Source: Candidatus Xenobia bacterium (lineage in GTDB: Bacteria; Vulcanimicrobiota; Xenobia; Xenobiales; QWHO01). From it: a stretch of 64,000 nt of DNA. The notes under the pieces were generated by a model that searched no databases, was not told the origin of the DNA, and saw only the letters and a program-made list of their open reading frames with translations. The DNA lies in the NCBI GenBank assembly GCA_045863235.1, contig BTUM01000026.1, positions 21,468-85,467 on the forward strand. The letters run 5' to 3'. The translations under genes were made by a program, and so were the position numbers. Positions 18,203 through 27,062 of this stretch are shown here, one piece after another (position 1 is the first letter of the stretch; the number at the start of each line of letters is the position of its first letter).

Positions 18203-18763
18203 CTCCATCCGGTCGAGATCGGCGGGGCCCAGGATCGGGCTGTAGAACAGGCTGGTCGGGTCTTTGCTGCGTTGCCTCCCGAGCAGCAGCTCGGCGGCGT
18301 AGCGGGCCAACATCTTGTCCCGGCGCGAGTCGGTATCAAGTCGCGCCAGCGAGAGCACCGCACCCTTCTTGCCTCGAACTCCGTAACAATAGCGCCAGTC
18401 AGGCTGGCTCGGGGTGTAGCAGTCCTGGCCGACCACCAGCAGAGTGGCCTCGCTGGCCTGCTTGTCCACAAAGGCCAGAATCTGGTCAGCGTCGAGCTGG
18501 CCTCGCTCGGCGTTGAGCCAGGAAGGCTGGAAACTGGCGCTGTACATCGAGCGCACTTCGACTCCGGTGTTTTGTCGCAGGCTCTCGGCGCAATCCAGGA
18601 GTGGGCGGTCCTCCTCGCGCACCACCAGCAACACCAGAGACTTGCCTTCCAGGCCGAGCTTTCCCGGTTTCTCAGGCGGGGCTGTGACCGGCTTGAGCCA
18701 CCACGCACCCAGGGCAACCACGACAATGACCAGGAAAAGCTCACCCAGACGCTTGAGGTGCAT
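18188..18763 (-). CDS. Membrane-anchored archaemetzincin (M54)-like protein lacking HExxH
   Basis: RGQLDADQIL, DCYTP..YCYG, AVLSLARL, DPTSLFYS..DLD follow the M54 order; zinc motif absent. Confidence 0.6.
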   Translation of the reverse strand: MHLKRLGELFLVIVVVALGAWWLKPVTAPPEKPGKLGLEGKSLVLLVVREEDRPLLDCAESLRQNTGVEVRSMYSASFQPSWLNAERGQLDADQILAFVDKQASEATLLVVGQDCYTPSQPDWRYCYGVRGKKGAVLSLARLDTDSRRDKMLARYAAELLLGRQRSKDPTSLFYSPILGPADLDRMELKIP

Positions 18764-18809
18764 TGAGCCTATGATAGGAGAATCCAGACCTCCTGTCACG
18801 ACCTGAGGG

Positions 18810-20192
18810 TCAGTTGCTGTAGAGGTCCTCGAGATCGTGGACCCGAACACCTGCCGGAAGTCGCCCAGGCTCCTTCCGGCCAACGAACAGCCTCCTGCCG
18901 ATGGTGGCGTTGCGAGCATTGGGGTAAGCGTTCACCTTCCGCTCCAGCTCCGTTGCTGCCGCAACCAGGCCGGGGCTTCGACCCCACCTGCACTCTCCCA
19001 GGTCGGTCCAGTTGTCCTCACGCAGCCCAACGACGTCGATCTGGGTCGTCTTATCCCAGTATTCCCCAATCTCCCAGGCAGCGGTGATTCCCTCGCGAGC
19101 ATACAACCCCGCCAGCGCCTCCCGGCACAGTCCCTCGAAGCAGCGACCGAAATAGGCTGGCAAATGGGGCTTGACGAGCTGATGAAAGGCTCGATCCGGC
19201 CCCAGAGCGGCGATCTGGCTTCGATTCGGAAATACGAATCGAAACCAGAACCGCAGCAACGGGTCGTCCAGGGCAAAGCGGACTTTCCGAGGCGCCCTGG
19301 GACCAGCCACAAGGGGCGAGAGACGTCGCAGATATCCCAACTCGACCAGCTGCTGGAGATAGTAGGGAACCGACCTCTCCGGCAAAGTGGTCACCCGCGC
19401 CAGCTCCGGGATTCTGGCCGAGGCGGTGGCCAGTGCAGATAAGAGCGCATAGTAGTTGTGAACGTCCCGCAACTCCTCGCGCAACAGGAAATCCGGCTCG
19501 TTGTGGAGAGGGGAGAACTCCTCGAGCACCTGCCGGCTCAGGTTGCTGTCAATCGAGGCTGCCGGATCAAAGCACTTGAGATACTGAGGCACCCCACCGC
19601 AAACGAAATAGACCCTGGCTGAATCGACGAGGGAATAGTCTGGGTGAAAGAGACGCGCCTCCGAGTATCCAAAGGGCTTCAGATGCAACTGGGCAGTGCG
19701 ACGGCCAAAGAGCGGACTCTTGCGCCCAAGCACCTCACGTTCCATGAAGCCGACGTAGGAGCCTGAAACAATCAGCATGATTCGGCCCGTTCGCGACCAG
19801 TCACGGTCCCAGAGCTCCTGCAGAATGGAGGGCAACTCGGGACTTTCCTGCACGATCCACTGAAACTCGTCCAGGGCCAGCACCAGTTTCTCAGGGCGGC
19901 TCCAACTTCCGACAGCCACTTGCAGTGCTTCCCGCCAGCCGGGAAGCTCGGCGTGCTCGAGGAGCGGCTGGCCGACCACCCCGGCGGCGACCTGCAAGAA
20001 CTCCCGGAGCTGCAGTCGAGCTGGGGCCTGCTTGCCCACGAAGTAAAGGCCTGGTCGCGACTGCAGGAAACGGAGAATGAGGGCACTCTTGCCGATCCGT
20101 CGACGACCGTAAACGGGCACAAGGGAACTCTCCAGGCCCTCGTAAGAAGTTCGCAGGAGCTTGAGCTCCCGGACGCGCCCAATAAAACTCAA
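18810..20192 (-). CDS. Archaeal-type AAA ATPase with wHTH and DUF234/PD-(D/E)xK C-terminus
   Basis: FIGRVREL, YGRRRIGKS Walker A, LALDEFQ Walker B, SPLFGRRT, GGVPQYL, RFWFRFV, IDVVG..GECRW; TTG start. Confidence 0.9.
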   Translation of the reverse strand: MSFIGRVRELKLLRTSYEGLESSLVPVYGRRRIGKSALILRFLQSRPGLYFVGKQAPARLQLREFLQVAAGVVGQPLLEHAELPGWREALQVAVGSWSRPEKLVLALDEFQWIVQESPELPSILQELWDRDWSRTGRIMLIVSGSYVGFMEREVLGRKSPLFGRRTAQLHLKPFGYSEARLFHPDYSLVDSARVYFVCGGVPQYLKCFDPAASIDSNLSRQVLEEFSPLHNEPDFLLREELRDVHNYYALLSALATASARIPELARVTTLPERSVPYYLQQLVELGYLRRLSPLVAGPRAPRKVRFALDDPLLRFWFRFVFPNRSQIAALGPDRAFHQLVKPHLPAYFGRCFEGLCREALAGLYAREGITAAWEIGEYWDKTTQIDVVGLREDNWTDLGECRWGRSPGLVAAATELERKVNAYPNARNATIGRRLFVGRKEPGRLPAGVRVHDLEDLYSN

Positions 20193-20201
20193 CGTAACGC
20201 A

Positions 20202-20267
20202 ATCCTATAAAACAAGTTTTAACTTGTCAAGTTTAAACTTGACAAGTTGCGAGTTGCGTCGTACCCT
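20202..20267. promoter_or_regulatory. Back-to-back sigma70 promoters sharing a 28-bp palindrome
   Basis: Minus strand TTGACA-N17-TAGGAT; plus strand TTGACA(20239)-N17-TACCCT; palindrome AACTTGTCAAGTTTAAACTTGACAAGTT at 20221-20248. Confidence 0.75.
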
Positions 20268-20326
20268 CACCAGGAGTTCAGCCCCACTCGAGGAAGAATT
20301 TCTCGACCTCAAGCGACCGGGTACCC

Positions 20327-20728
20327 ATGCGCATTCTCTGCTTGCTGCTCCTCCTGGCCACCCTTTCCGCAGCTCAGCCTGGCGGCTACAGCCTGGACGG
20401 ACTGCACCCGGGCATGGAGGCCAGCCAGGTGCCCTGGCTCGAGCCCTCGGCAAAGGACGGACAACACTCCCACCAGGGCACCACGGTGGAGCTTCTCGCC
20501 GGGCGAGTGGTGGGGGTCTGGGGCCGGAGCCTCCAGAGCCAGCAGAAGAACGTGGTCAAGCTCGGCGATCCCGACCCTCAATCGGTCCTTGGCAAGCCTG
20601 ATCGGACCCTCTACGGGTGCGGCCCCGACGGGGGCCAGCAAGTGCTCTTTTACGACCGGCACGGCCTGCTGGTGACCGTTGAGAACGGGAAGAATGTGGT
20701 CGGTCTCTGCCTGCAGAGCTCGCGTTGA
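20327..20728 (+). CDS. Secreted hypothetical protein
   Basis: Signal peptide MRILCLLLLLATLSAAQ; LGKPD motif. Confidence 0.7.
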   Translation: MRILCLLLLLATLSAAQPGGYSLDGLHPGMEASQVPWLEPSAKDGQHSHQGTTVELLAGRVVGVWGRSLQSQQKNVVKLGDPDPQSVLGKPDRTLYGCGPDGGQQVLFYDRHGLLVTVENGKNVVGLCLQSSR

Positions 20729-20747
20729 GCATGCTACAATAGCCAGC

Positions 20748-22085
20748 ATGGAGATCACCGGCACCGCTCAGAGCTACCATATCTACCATCCCCGCTCGGC
20801 CGCCCAGTCCGGCGCTACGCCCCTGACCCCGGGCCTCTGGCAGACCCAGTTGCAGAAGCTCGTCGGCATCTTGCAGGGCGGTCCAGAGCCCAGCCCTACC
20901 CCGCCTGTGGCCAAAGTGGAAGGGCGCGACGGCAGAGTGCTGGGCGAGAAGAATTTTCTCAAAGCCGACCAGTATCCCGGCCTGCACAGCAAGAGGCTGC
21001 AAGACAAGCGCACCAGCAATCCTCAACCGCTCATCGAGGGGGCGCCCAACTATCGCGAGTTGGGCGAGGGCATCCACGGCACCGCCCAGCCCACCGTGGA
21101 CGGGATGCGGCGCGTGCTCGAGCAGGCCGGAGCCGGACCCGACGGCGAGAAGAAGGCGGTCTGGACCAACATGCGCGAGGAGCCGGTGGTCTACATCAAC
21201 GGCCAGCCCTTCAACCTGCGCCACGTCAAAGCGCCCTTCTACAACCAGGCCTCGCCGGGCCGCTCGGCCGGCGAGGTGGAGAAGATGGAGCGCGACCTCA
21301 AGCAGGACGTGCTCAACGAGGCGCGCCGAAACGGCGGCATGATCACCCTGCACGACGAGGAGGCCGGGCCTCCGCCCAGAGTGGTCGAGAAGCAGGTCAA
21401 AATCGAGAGTGTGCAGACCGTCTCGGAGGTCTACGACCAGCTCAAGGCCGAGGGCTACAAGGTGGACTACCAGCGCATCCCGGTCACCGACATGAAAAAG
21501 CCCGAGGACCAGGACATCGACGAGCTGGTGGGGGCGCTCAAGAAGGCCGATCCAGAGGCGGCGCTGATCTTCAACTGCCACGCCGGACAGGGACGCACCA
21601 CCACGGCCATGGTGCTGGCCAGCCTGATGAAGCGGGCCTCCGCGGGCGAAGAGGGGGATCTGCTCAAGGACCCCGCCGTGCGGGCCGACATCAAGGAGCA
21701 GGGTAAGCACACCCCCAGCAACTACCGCGAGATCCTGCGCAGCTTCAAGGACGCCCGCAAGCTGGTGCAGGATCAGGACAGCGTGGACAAGGTGGTGGAG
21801 AAGTACGGCGACGTGCACGACCTCAAGAAGGCGGTGGGCAAGGCCCGCCAGGAGGCGCATGCGGCTGACACGCCCGAGGAGAAACAGGCAGCGCGCGAGC
21901 GCGTCTCGGACTACCTCGAGCGCTACCACACCCTGGTCTCGTTCGAGGCCTACGCGCGCGAGCAGGGGCCCGACTTCAAGCTCCCCTACTCGGAGTGGAA
22001 GAGCCGCAACCCGGAGCTGGAAGAGGGCCTCAAGCGCGTCCAGTTGGCCCTGGCGGGGCGCGGTCAAGAGTCTCAGGTCGCTTGA
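20748..22085 (+). CDS. Paladin/PTP-like phytase family Cys phosphatase
   Basis: GAPNYR, GTAQPT, WTNMREEPVVYING, YQRIPVTD, FNCHAGQGRTTTAM (CX5R). Confidence 0.9.
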   Translation: MEITGTAQSYHIYHPRSAAQSGATPLTPGLWQTQLQKLVGILQGGPEPSPTPPVAKVEGRDGRVLGEKNFLKADQYPGLHSKRLQDKRTSNPQPLIEGAPNYRELGEGIHGTAQPTVDGMRRVLEQAGAGPDGEKKAVWTNMREEPVVYINGQPFNLRHVKAPFYNQASPGRSAGEVEKMERDLKQDVLNEARRNGGMITLHDEEAGPPPRVVEKQVKIESVQTVSEVYDQLKAEGYKVDYQRIPVTDMKKPEDQDIDELVGALKKADPEAALIFNCHAGQGRTTTAMVLASLMKRASAGEEGDLLKDPAVRADIKEQGKHTPSNYREILRSFKDARKLVQDQDSVDKVVEKYGDVHDLKKAVGKARQEAHAADTPEEKQAARERVSDYLERYHTLVSFEAYAREQGPDFKLPYSEWKSRNPELEEGLKRVQLALAGRGQESQVA

Positions 22086-22681
22086 GCGAGAGCGAGCTCG
22101 ACCTGCGCCTGGAGTGGCGCGAGGAAGAGGAGGCCCTGGCCGAGCGCCAGGACCGCTTTCAGGGCGACCTCGCGGAAGACGAGAGCGCGGTCACTGTGCT
22201 CAACCCCACGGTGGAGGGCCCCGAGCCTCCTCGGCCCGAGGAGTTCGAGTATTCCGAGCACCGCGCCCGCGCCCTGGAACGAGCGCTGGGACGGCTGCAG
22301 GGCATCACTCGCCCGCCCTTCGTGGCGTACCTGGTCCAGCTGAAGGAGGAGCTCCCCCGGCTCGCTCCGGCCGAGCGCCAGGCCCGCCTCGACGGCGCCG
22401 AGGCCTGGCTCTCGAGCCAGCTGGCGTTCTGGCAGGTGGGGCCGGTGGAGCACGAATCGCCCGAGCAGGTGGAAGCCTTCAACGAGGGGCTGTCGGCCGG
22501 TGGCGACGCGCTGGGGCTGGGCCTGGAGGTGGTGGAGCTCTTCAGAGCCGGGGACCTCACCCTGGTGGACGTGTTGCTCGAGCAGATCGAAAGCCTGCTG
22601 ACCCGGGCCCGCGAAACGCTGGAGGCAGGCGCATTGACCGACGCCGAAACGGTGCCTGCAGCGCAGGAAACGACGTCTTGA
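22082..22681 (+). CDS. Hypothetical acidic helical protein
   Basis: TTG overlapping the phosphatase TGA; good codon bias. Confidence 0.7.
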   Translation: MSESELDLRLEWREEEEALAERQDRFQGDLAEDESAVTVLNPTVEGPEPPRPEEFEYSEHRARALERALGRLQGITRPPFVAYLVQLKEELPRLAPAERQARLDGAEAWLSSQLAFWQVGPVEHESPEQVEAFNEGLSAGGDALGLGLEVVELFRAGDLTLVDVLLEQIESLLTRARETLEAGALTDAETVPAAQETTS

Positions 22682-22737
22682 GAGGCCCGAGCGGGACGAA
22701 GCACCGAGGCCGAAGCTCGAGCAATCTTCACCGAGTT

Positions 22738-22971
22738 ATGCCGCGCTGCCCCCACGAGCTCCAGGAGTTGGTGGACCAGATGTCTCCCGAAGGCAAGCTG
22801 CTTCTCGCTCAGAGGCGTTCTCAAGCGGTGGCCGCTCTGCTCCTTCGGGAGGACACGAGCAGGTGCTTCCTTACCTGGCGCCTGCCTGGCCAGACGGCGA
22901 CGGCTCCCCGCGCTGACTGCCGAGCCTGGGCGGGACTGACCCTGGACATCCCGATCAGGTTGATCCGCTGA
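22738..22971 (+). CDS. Possible small hypothetical protein
   Basis: 77-aa ORF filling the gap; weak codon bias, no RBS. Confidence 0.25.
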   Translation: MPRCPHELQELVDQMSPEGKLLLAQRRSQAVAALLLREDTSRCFLTWRLPGQTATAPRADCRAWAGLTLDIPIRLIR

Positions 22972-22977
22972 CCCGGC

Positions 22978-24681
22978 TCAGCTCGGGTTGGGCACCTCTT
23001 CCGGCTTCTCGTCGGGCTTCTGCTCGGGCTTCTGCTCGGGGGCAGGGGTCTCTTCAGGCTTTTTTTCTTCCTTTGCAGGCGCCTCGGCGGCCTGCCGCAT
23101 GGCCTCCTGCAGAGCTTTGAGAACGTCCTGGTTGGCCGCCACCGGCTTGCCGCGGTCGAGAGCCATCAAGATGGCTTCGTGCGGGTCCACCATCCCGGCG
23201 CCCTGATGGTTCTTGGGCACCCGGCCCGGCAGCGGGTCGGCGGAGCTCTTGAGGATCTCTTTCACCTCGTCGGGGGTCAGGTCGGGGTTGGCTTCCAGCA
23301 TCTCAGCCACCACGCCGGCCACGATGGGCGTGGCCATCGAGGTGCCCGGCATTCCCACGTAAGCCTTGTCGGGCGAGAGCGGCATGCGGGATGTGACCCG
23401 CAGCAGCCGGTTGAACTCGTTCTTGGCGGTCTCGCCGCCTTCGCGAATCTTGCCCATGGTCTCGGGGCCGATGCCCATCAGGGCAAACTGCGAGTCGGGC
23501 ACTCGGGCCAGCTCTTCGGCCGGGAGGCTCGAGAGCCACTTCACCGTGCCGTGCACCACCTGGAAGCGAGCCGCCTGGGCCTCCGAGCTGGTACCCGGGG
23601 AGAGTGGGGCCATGATGGCCTCGCCGGGCGCGACCAGGTCGGGCTTGCTGGCCCCGTACTTGGTGGGACCGCGGCTGGAGAACTCGGTGATCGAGTCATC
23701 GCCCGGGTCGGGGGTATTCTGATCGTCCACCGCTCCCACCGTGATGGCGTGAGGACTGTCTCCCGGGGCTTTGACGGTCTTGCGATCGGGGCCGTCGTTG
23801 CCGGCCGCGGCCACCACCACCAGGCCCGCCTCGTAGGCCTTCTGCACCGCCTGGTCGACCGGATCGTCCTGATATTTCTTGCGGGCCGTGTGGCCGAGCG
23901 ACAGGTTGATCACCCGGATGCCCAGGCGGTCCTTGTTCTCGATGCAGAACTGGATGCCCTTGATGATGTCGGAGGTCTTGCCCGAGCCGTCCTCGCCGAG
24001 CACCTTGACGCCCACCAGGTGGGCCTTGGGGGCCGGTCCGCGGTAGATGCCGCCGCTCAAGAGGCCGCTGCCGGCGGCGTCGCCGGCCACGTGGGTGCCG
24101 TGCCCGTGGTCGTCATAGGGAGTGGAGCGCCCGTTCACCATGTCGGCGAAGGCCACCAGGCGGTTGTAGGGGGTGTTGAAGTCGGGGTGAGGATAGATGC
24201 CCGTATCCAGGATGGCGATGCCCACGCCCTCCCCCTGGAACTTGCGGGTGAGCGGCGTGTCGAAGCGAGGAGCGAGCTGGGGCAGGCGCGACTTGAACTC
24301 GGGCTCCTTCTTGGTCTCGGCCTCCTTCTTCTCGGCCGCTTCCTCTTCTTCGTCCTTGGGCGAGGGGTCCCACGGCATCGGAGGCAGGTAGCGGTCCTGC
24401 TGGTCGAGATGGACGCGGTAGCCCTGCTTCTCGAGATCTTTGACCTGCTTGTCGGTCAGGTCGGCCAGCACGCCGCCGATGAGGCCGAGCTCTTCCTTGA
24501 CCTTGATGCCCAGGTCGACGAGCTGGATCTTGGAGGTGGTCTTGAAGATGCCCTCTTCGGGCGCAACCAGGATGTAGGACTTGGTCGGGGTGGAAGGGGC
24601 GGACAGGTCCATCCGATCCAGCCCGATGGTCGACCTCTGCGCGGGGGTTCGGGTAGAGGTCGAGAGCCTGGCTGCGTCCAT
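22978..24681 (-). CDS. S8 subtilisin-like serine protease (AprX-like)
   Basis: IAILDTGI, HGHGTHVAG, AAGNDG, GTSMATP; AAGGAG RBS. Confidence 0.95.
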   Translation of the reverse strand: MDAARLSTSTRTPAQRSTIGLDRMDLSAPSTPTKSYILVAPEEGIFKTTSKIQLVDLGIKVKEELGLIGGVLADLTDKQVKDLEKQGYRVHLDQQDRYLPPMPWDPSPKDEEEEAAEKKEAETKKEPEFKSRLPQLAPRFDTPLTRKFQGEGVGIAILDTGIYPHPDFNTPYNRLVAFADMVNGRSTPYDDHGHGTHVAGDAAGSGLLSGGIYRGPAPKAHLVGVKVLGEDGSGKTSDIIKGIQFCIENKDRLGIRVINLSLGHTARKKYQDDPVDQAVQKAYEAGLVVVAAAGNDGPDRKTVKAPGDSPHAITVGAVDDQNTPDPGDDSITEFSSRGPTKYGASKPDLVAPGEAIMAPLSPGTSSEAQAARFQVVHGTVKWLSSLPAEELARVPDSQFALMGIGPETMGKIREGGETAKNEFNRLLRVTSRMPLSPDKAYVGMPGTSMATPIVAGVVAEMLEANPDLTPDEVKEILKSSADPLPGRVPKNHQGAGMVDPHEAILMALDRGKPVAANQDVLKALQEAMRQAAEAPAKEEKKPEETPAPEQKPEQKPDEKPEEVPNPS

Positions 24682-24925
24682 CGGGTCGGGTCTCCTTCGG
24701 TGGTGAAGTCCGGGAGCGGCTCTGCAACCGCGTTCCCAGCCCCCTCGGCCCACAGGATACGAAAAAAGACCCGACCGGAGGGTTACCCGGATGTTACTTC
24801 TGCGTTGCAGCCGGGTTCACAGTCCGGAAACGTACGTTCCCTTTCGGTTACCTCCGCCCGAGCTCGGAGCCGCCCGTGACTCTCGAGGCGAGACTCCTCA
24901 GCGCTCCGAACGCTTATCGGGCACG

Positions 24926-25846
24926 CTATCTCAGGCGCTGGAGACCGTTGATCAACTCGATCAGCTTCTGCACTTCCGAGCCCAGGAACTCACCGTCGGT
25001 TTGGACGCGGCTCTTGATCTCGGTCAGGGTGGCCTGGTACACGACCGCCTGCAAGCCGGGCTCGGAAAGCTCCTTACCGGTGTCCAGGGCGGTGCGGGTC
25101 AGGTCGGTCAGGGTGTCGAGATAGGCGCGCACGGCTTCGCGCGGCAACCCGGAGGCGTTCTCATCCACTCTTGATGGGAGAGTCAGCACTTGCTCCAGGG
25201 CCGCCTTGTAGCCCTCGGCCTTGACCTGGTCGAAGATTCCCGCCGGACCCAGGGGCGTGGCCTCGATCGCGTCGCCCACCTTCAGGGCGCTGCGGGCCAC
25301 CTCTTGATGGCGACGGGCGGCACCGGGCAGATTCTCGCCCTCGGCGATCTGCTCCAGGGCCGACTCCATGGCCTGGTTCATGCGGGCCGGATCGCCCCCC
25401 AGCTTGTACTCCGCCAGCCCCTTCTGGGCCCACTCGGCGATGCTGGGAACGTCCGAGGCGGCCAGCCGGGTCAGCACCTGCTGGTAGTAACCCGAAGAGA
25501 GCATCTGGCGCGCTTCGGTCTGCTTGCCGTCCTTGACCAGCTGGCTGACGCGCGAAGCGAGCGAGGTCACATTGGTGCTCTCGCCCGGGGGCGGAGGCGG
25601 CGGGTCGGTGGGACCCCCGCAGCCGGAGAGCACCCCGCCCAGCACCAGCGCCAGTCCCACCCCGCCGGCCAGGCGCAGGCCCAGGGAGCGAGCCGGCTCG
25701 GCCTGACCCTCGGCCTTGCGGGGCAGCGGCACCGGAGGTGCCGGGCCCAGCTCGACCTGATCGGGAGCGACTTCGCCGTGAAAGGGAGCCTGGAGGCTGG
25801 CGCCGGTAGGCCGTTGAGGAAGATACGAGCCGGGGGAGATGATCAT
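24926..25846 (-). CDS. Hypothetical protein with Pro-rich leader and internal TM/lipobox-like segment
   Basis: MIISPGSYLPQRP..DQVELG..LALVLGGVLSGC. Confidence 0.7.
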   Translation of the reverse strand: MIISPGSYLPQRPTGASLQAPFHGEVAPDQVELGPAPPVPLPRKAEGQAEPARSLGLRLAGGVGLALVLGGVLSGCGGPTDPPPPPPGESTNVTSLASRVSQLVKDGKQTEARQMLSSGYYQQVLTRLAASDVPSIAEWAQKGLAEYKLGGDPARMNQAMESALEQIAEGENLPGAARRHQEVARSALKVGDAIEATPLGPAGIFDQVKAEGYKAALEQVLTLPSRVDENASGLPREAVRAYLDTLTDLTRTALDTGKELSEPGLQAVVYQATLTEIKSRVQTDGEFLGSEVQKLIELINGLQRLR

Positions 25847-26034
25847 AGCCCTCTGATCCTGGCTCAAGTGCCTGAAAGGAAGCTGAATTGTCGCCCCTCC
25901 TGACGTCGCAAACTTCGTCGCCCTGACCGTGCCACGAAACCTGCAACCGCTTCCCAGGCAGGGCGGTGCGGGTTGCAACGCGTTCGCAACTGACAGGGCC
26001 CAGACTCCAACCACTTGATGTGGGAGGTTCGTAT

Positions 26035-26472
26035 ATGACGACCAAGATGATGAGACTGGGCGACATCGCTCAGCAGCGTGAGACGGTGACCATCGAGCGC
26101 AGTGCCAGCGTCGCCCAGGCCGCCGAGAAGATGGCCCGGGCCAACAAAGGAGCCGTGCTGGTGGAATCAAGCGGCAGGCTGCAGGGCATCTTCACCGAGC
26201 GCGACCTGCTCGTGCGCGTGGTGGCCCGCGGGCTCGACCCCAAGACCACGGCCGTGGAATCGGTCATGACCAGCAAACTGGTGGTCGGCAATGCCGACGA
26301 CCCCTACCAGTGGGGCCTGGACCGGATGTTGCAGGCCCGCTGCCGCCACCTGCCCCTGGTGCAGGGCGACCGCGTGGTAGGAATGGTTTCTCGCCGTGAC
26401 CTGATGAGCGCCGAGATCCAGGAGCTGACCGCCGAGCTCGAGCGCATCGATCCTTCGTCGCTGTTCATGTAG
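26035..26472 (+). CDS. CBS-pair domain protein
   Basis: GIFTERDLL, RHLPLV..VGMVSRRDL; GGGAGG RBS. Confidence 0.9.
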   Translation: MTTKMMRLGDIAQQRETVTIERSASVAQAAEKMARANKGAVLVESSGRLQGIFTERDLLVRVVARGLDPKTTAVESVMTSKLVVGNADDPYQWGLDRMLQARCRHLPLVQGDRVVGMVSRRDLMSAEIQELTAELERIDPSSLFM

Positions 26473-26539
26473 CACATTTGCAACAGCGACCCCCTAGTCT
26501 CCGAACCAGAGCAACCGAACTTGAAAGGAATGACGATAA

Positions 26540-26809
26540 ATGACTAACGTGACCAAAGAGATGAAGAGCTTCCAGGACGCCATCAACGAGTCCACCAAGC
26601 AGGCCATCGCCAGCGCGATGTGGGTGCAGGATCAGACCGACGCCCAGATCCGCAGCTACCTTGACGTGCGCAAGTCCTACCGCGACGAGGCCACCAAAGT
26701 GGCCAGGGGGATGACCGAGCAGTTCTTCGCCAACCAGGAAGCTTTCCAGAAGCTCGTCCAGAGCTCGATCAGCCTGAGCATCGCCTCGATGCGCTGGCCC
26801 ATCGGCTAG
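26540..26809 (+). CDS. Small amphipathic helical protein, possibly phasin-like
   Basis: GAAAGGA RBS; 89 aa; resemblance to phasins is by composition only. Confidence 0.65.
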   Translation: MTNVTKEMKSFQDAINESTKQAIASAMWVQDQTDAQIRSYLDVRKSYRDEATKVARGMTEQFFANQEAFQKLVQSSISLSIASMRWPIG

Positions 26810-26943
26810 AAATCCCTCCGCACCCCTCTGTGGGTGGCGGCCGGGCTTCTAGCACAATAAATATGCTGGGCGTCGCACAGCCGGAAAACCGGGTTTCCGG
26901 CTCGCGCTCCTGGCGCTTCGGACTTCGGCGCCCTCAGCGCTCC

Positions 26944-26974
26944 AAGGGCCGGCCTTCGGGCCGGCCCTTCTTTG
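26944..26974 (+). terminator. Intrinsic terminator
   Basis: AAGGGCCGGCC-TTCG-GGCCGGCCCTT followed by CTTT. Confidence 0.75.
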
Positions 26975-27062
26975 CCAGGGGAAGCCAAGTCGCTCGAGCT
27001 TACTATCTTTACAGCTGGCCCGTCTGCTCTCTCCGGCCCGCGCGTGTCCTGAAGAGGGCGCC

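Noticed and set aside
26845..26872. AT-rich CTAGCACAATAAATATGCTGG as a dif site
   Set aside because: Lacks the TTATGTTAAA-like XerD arm; better explained as a hairpin
24896..26943. 12-bp CCTCAGCGCTCC shared by two intergenic regions
   Set aside because: Short and GC-rich; chance cannot be excluded without a genome-wide count
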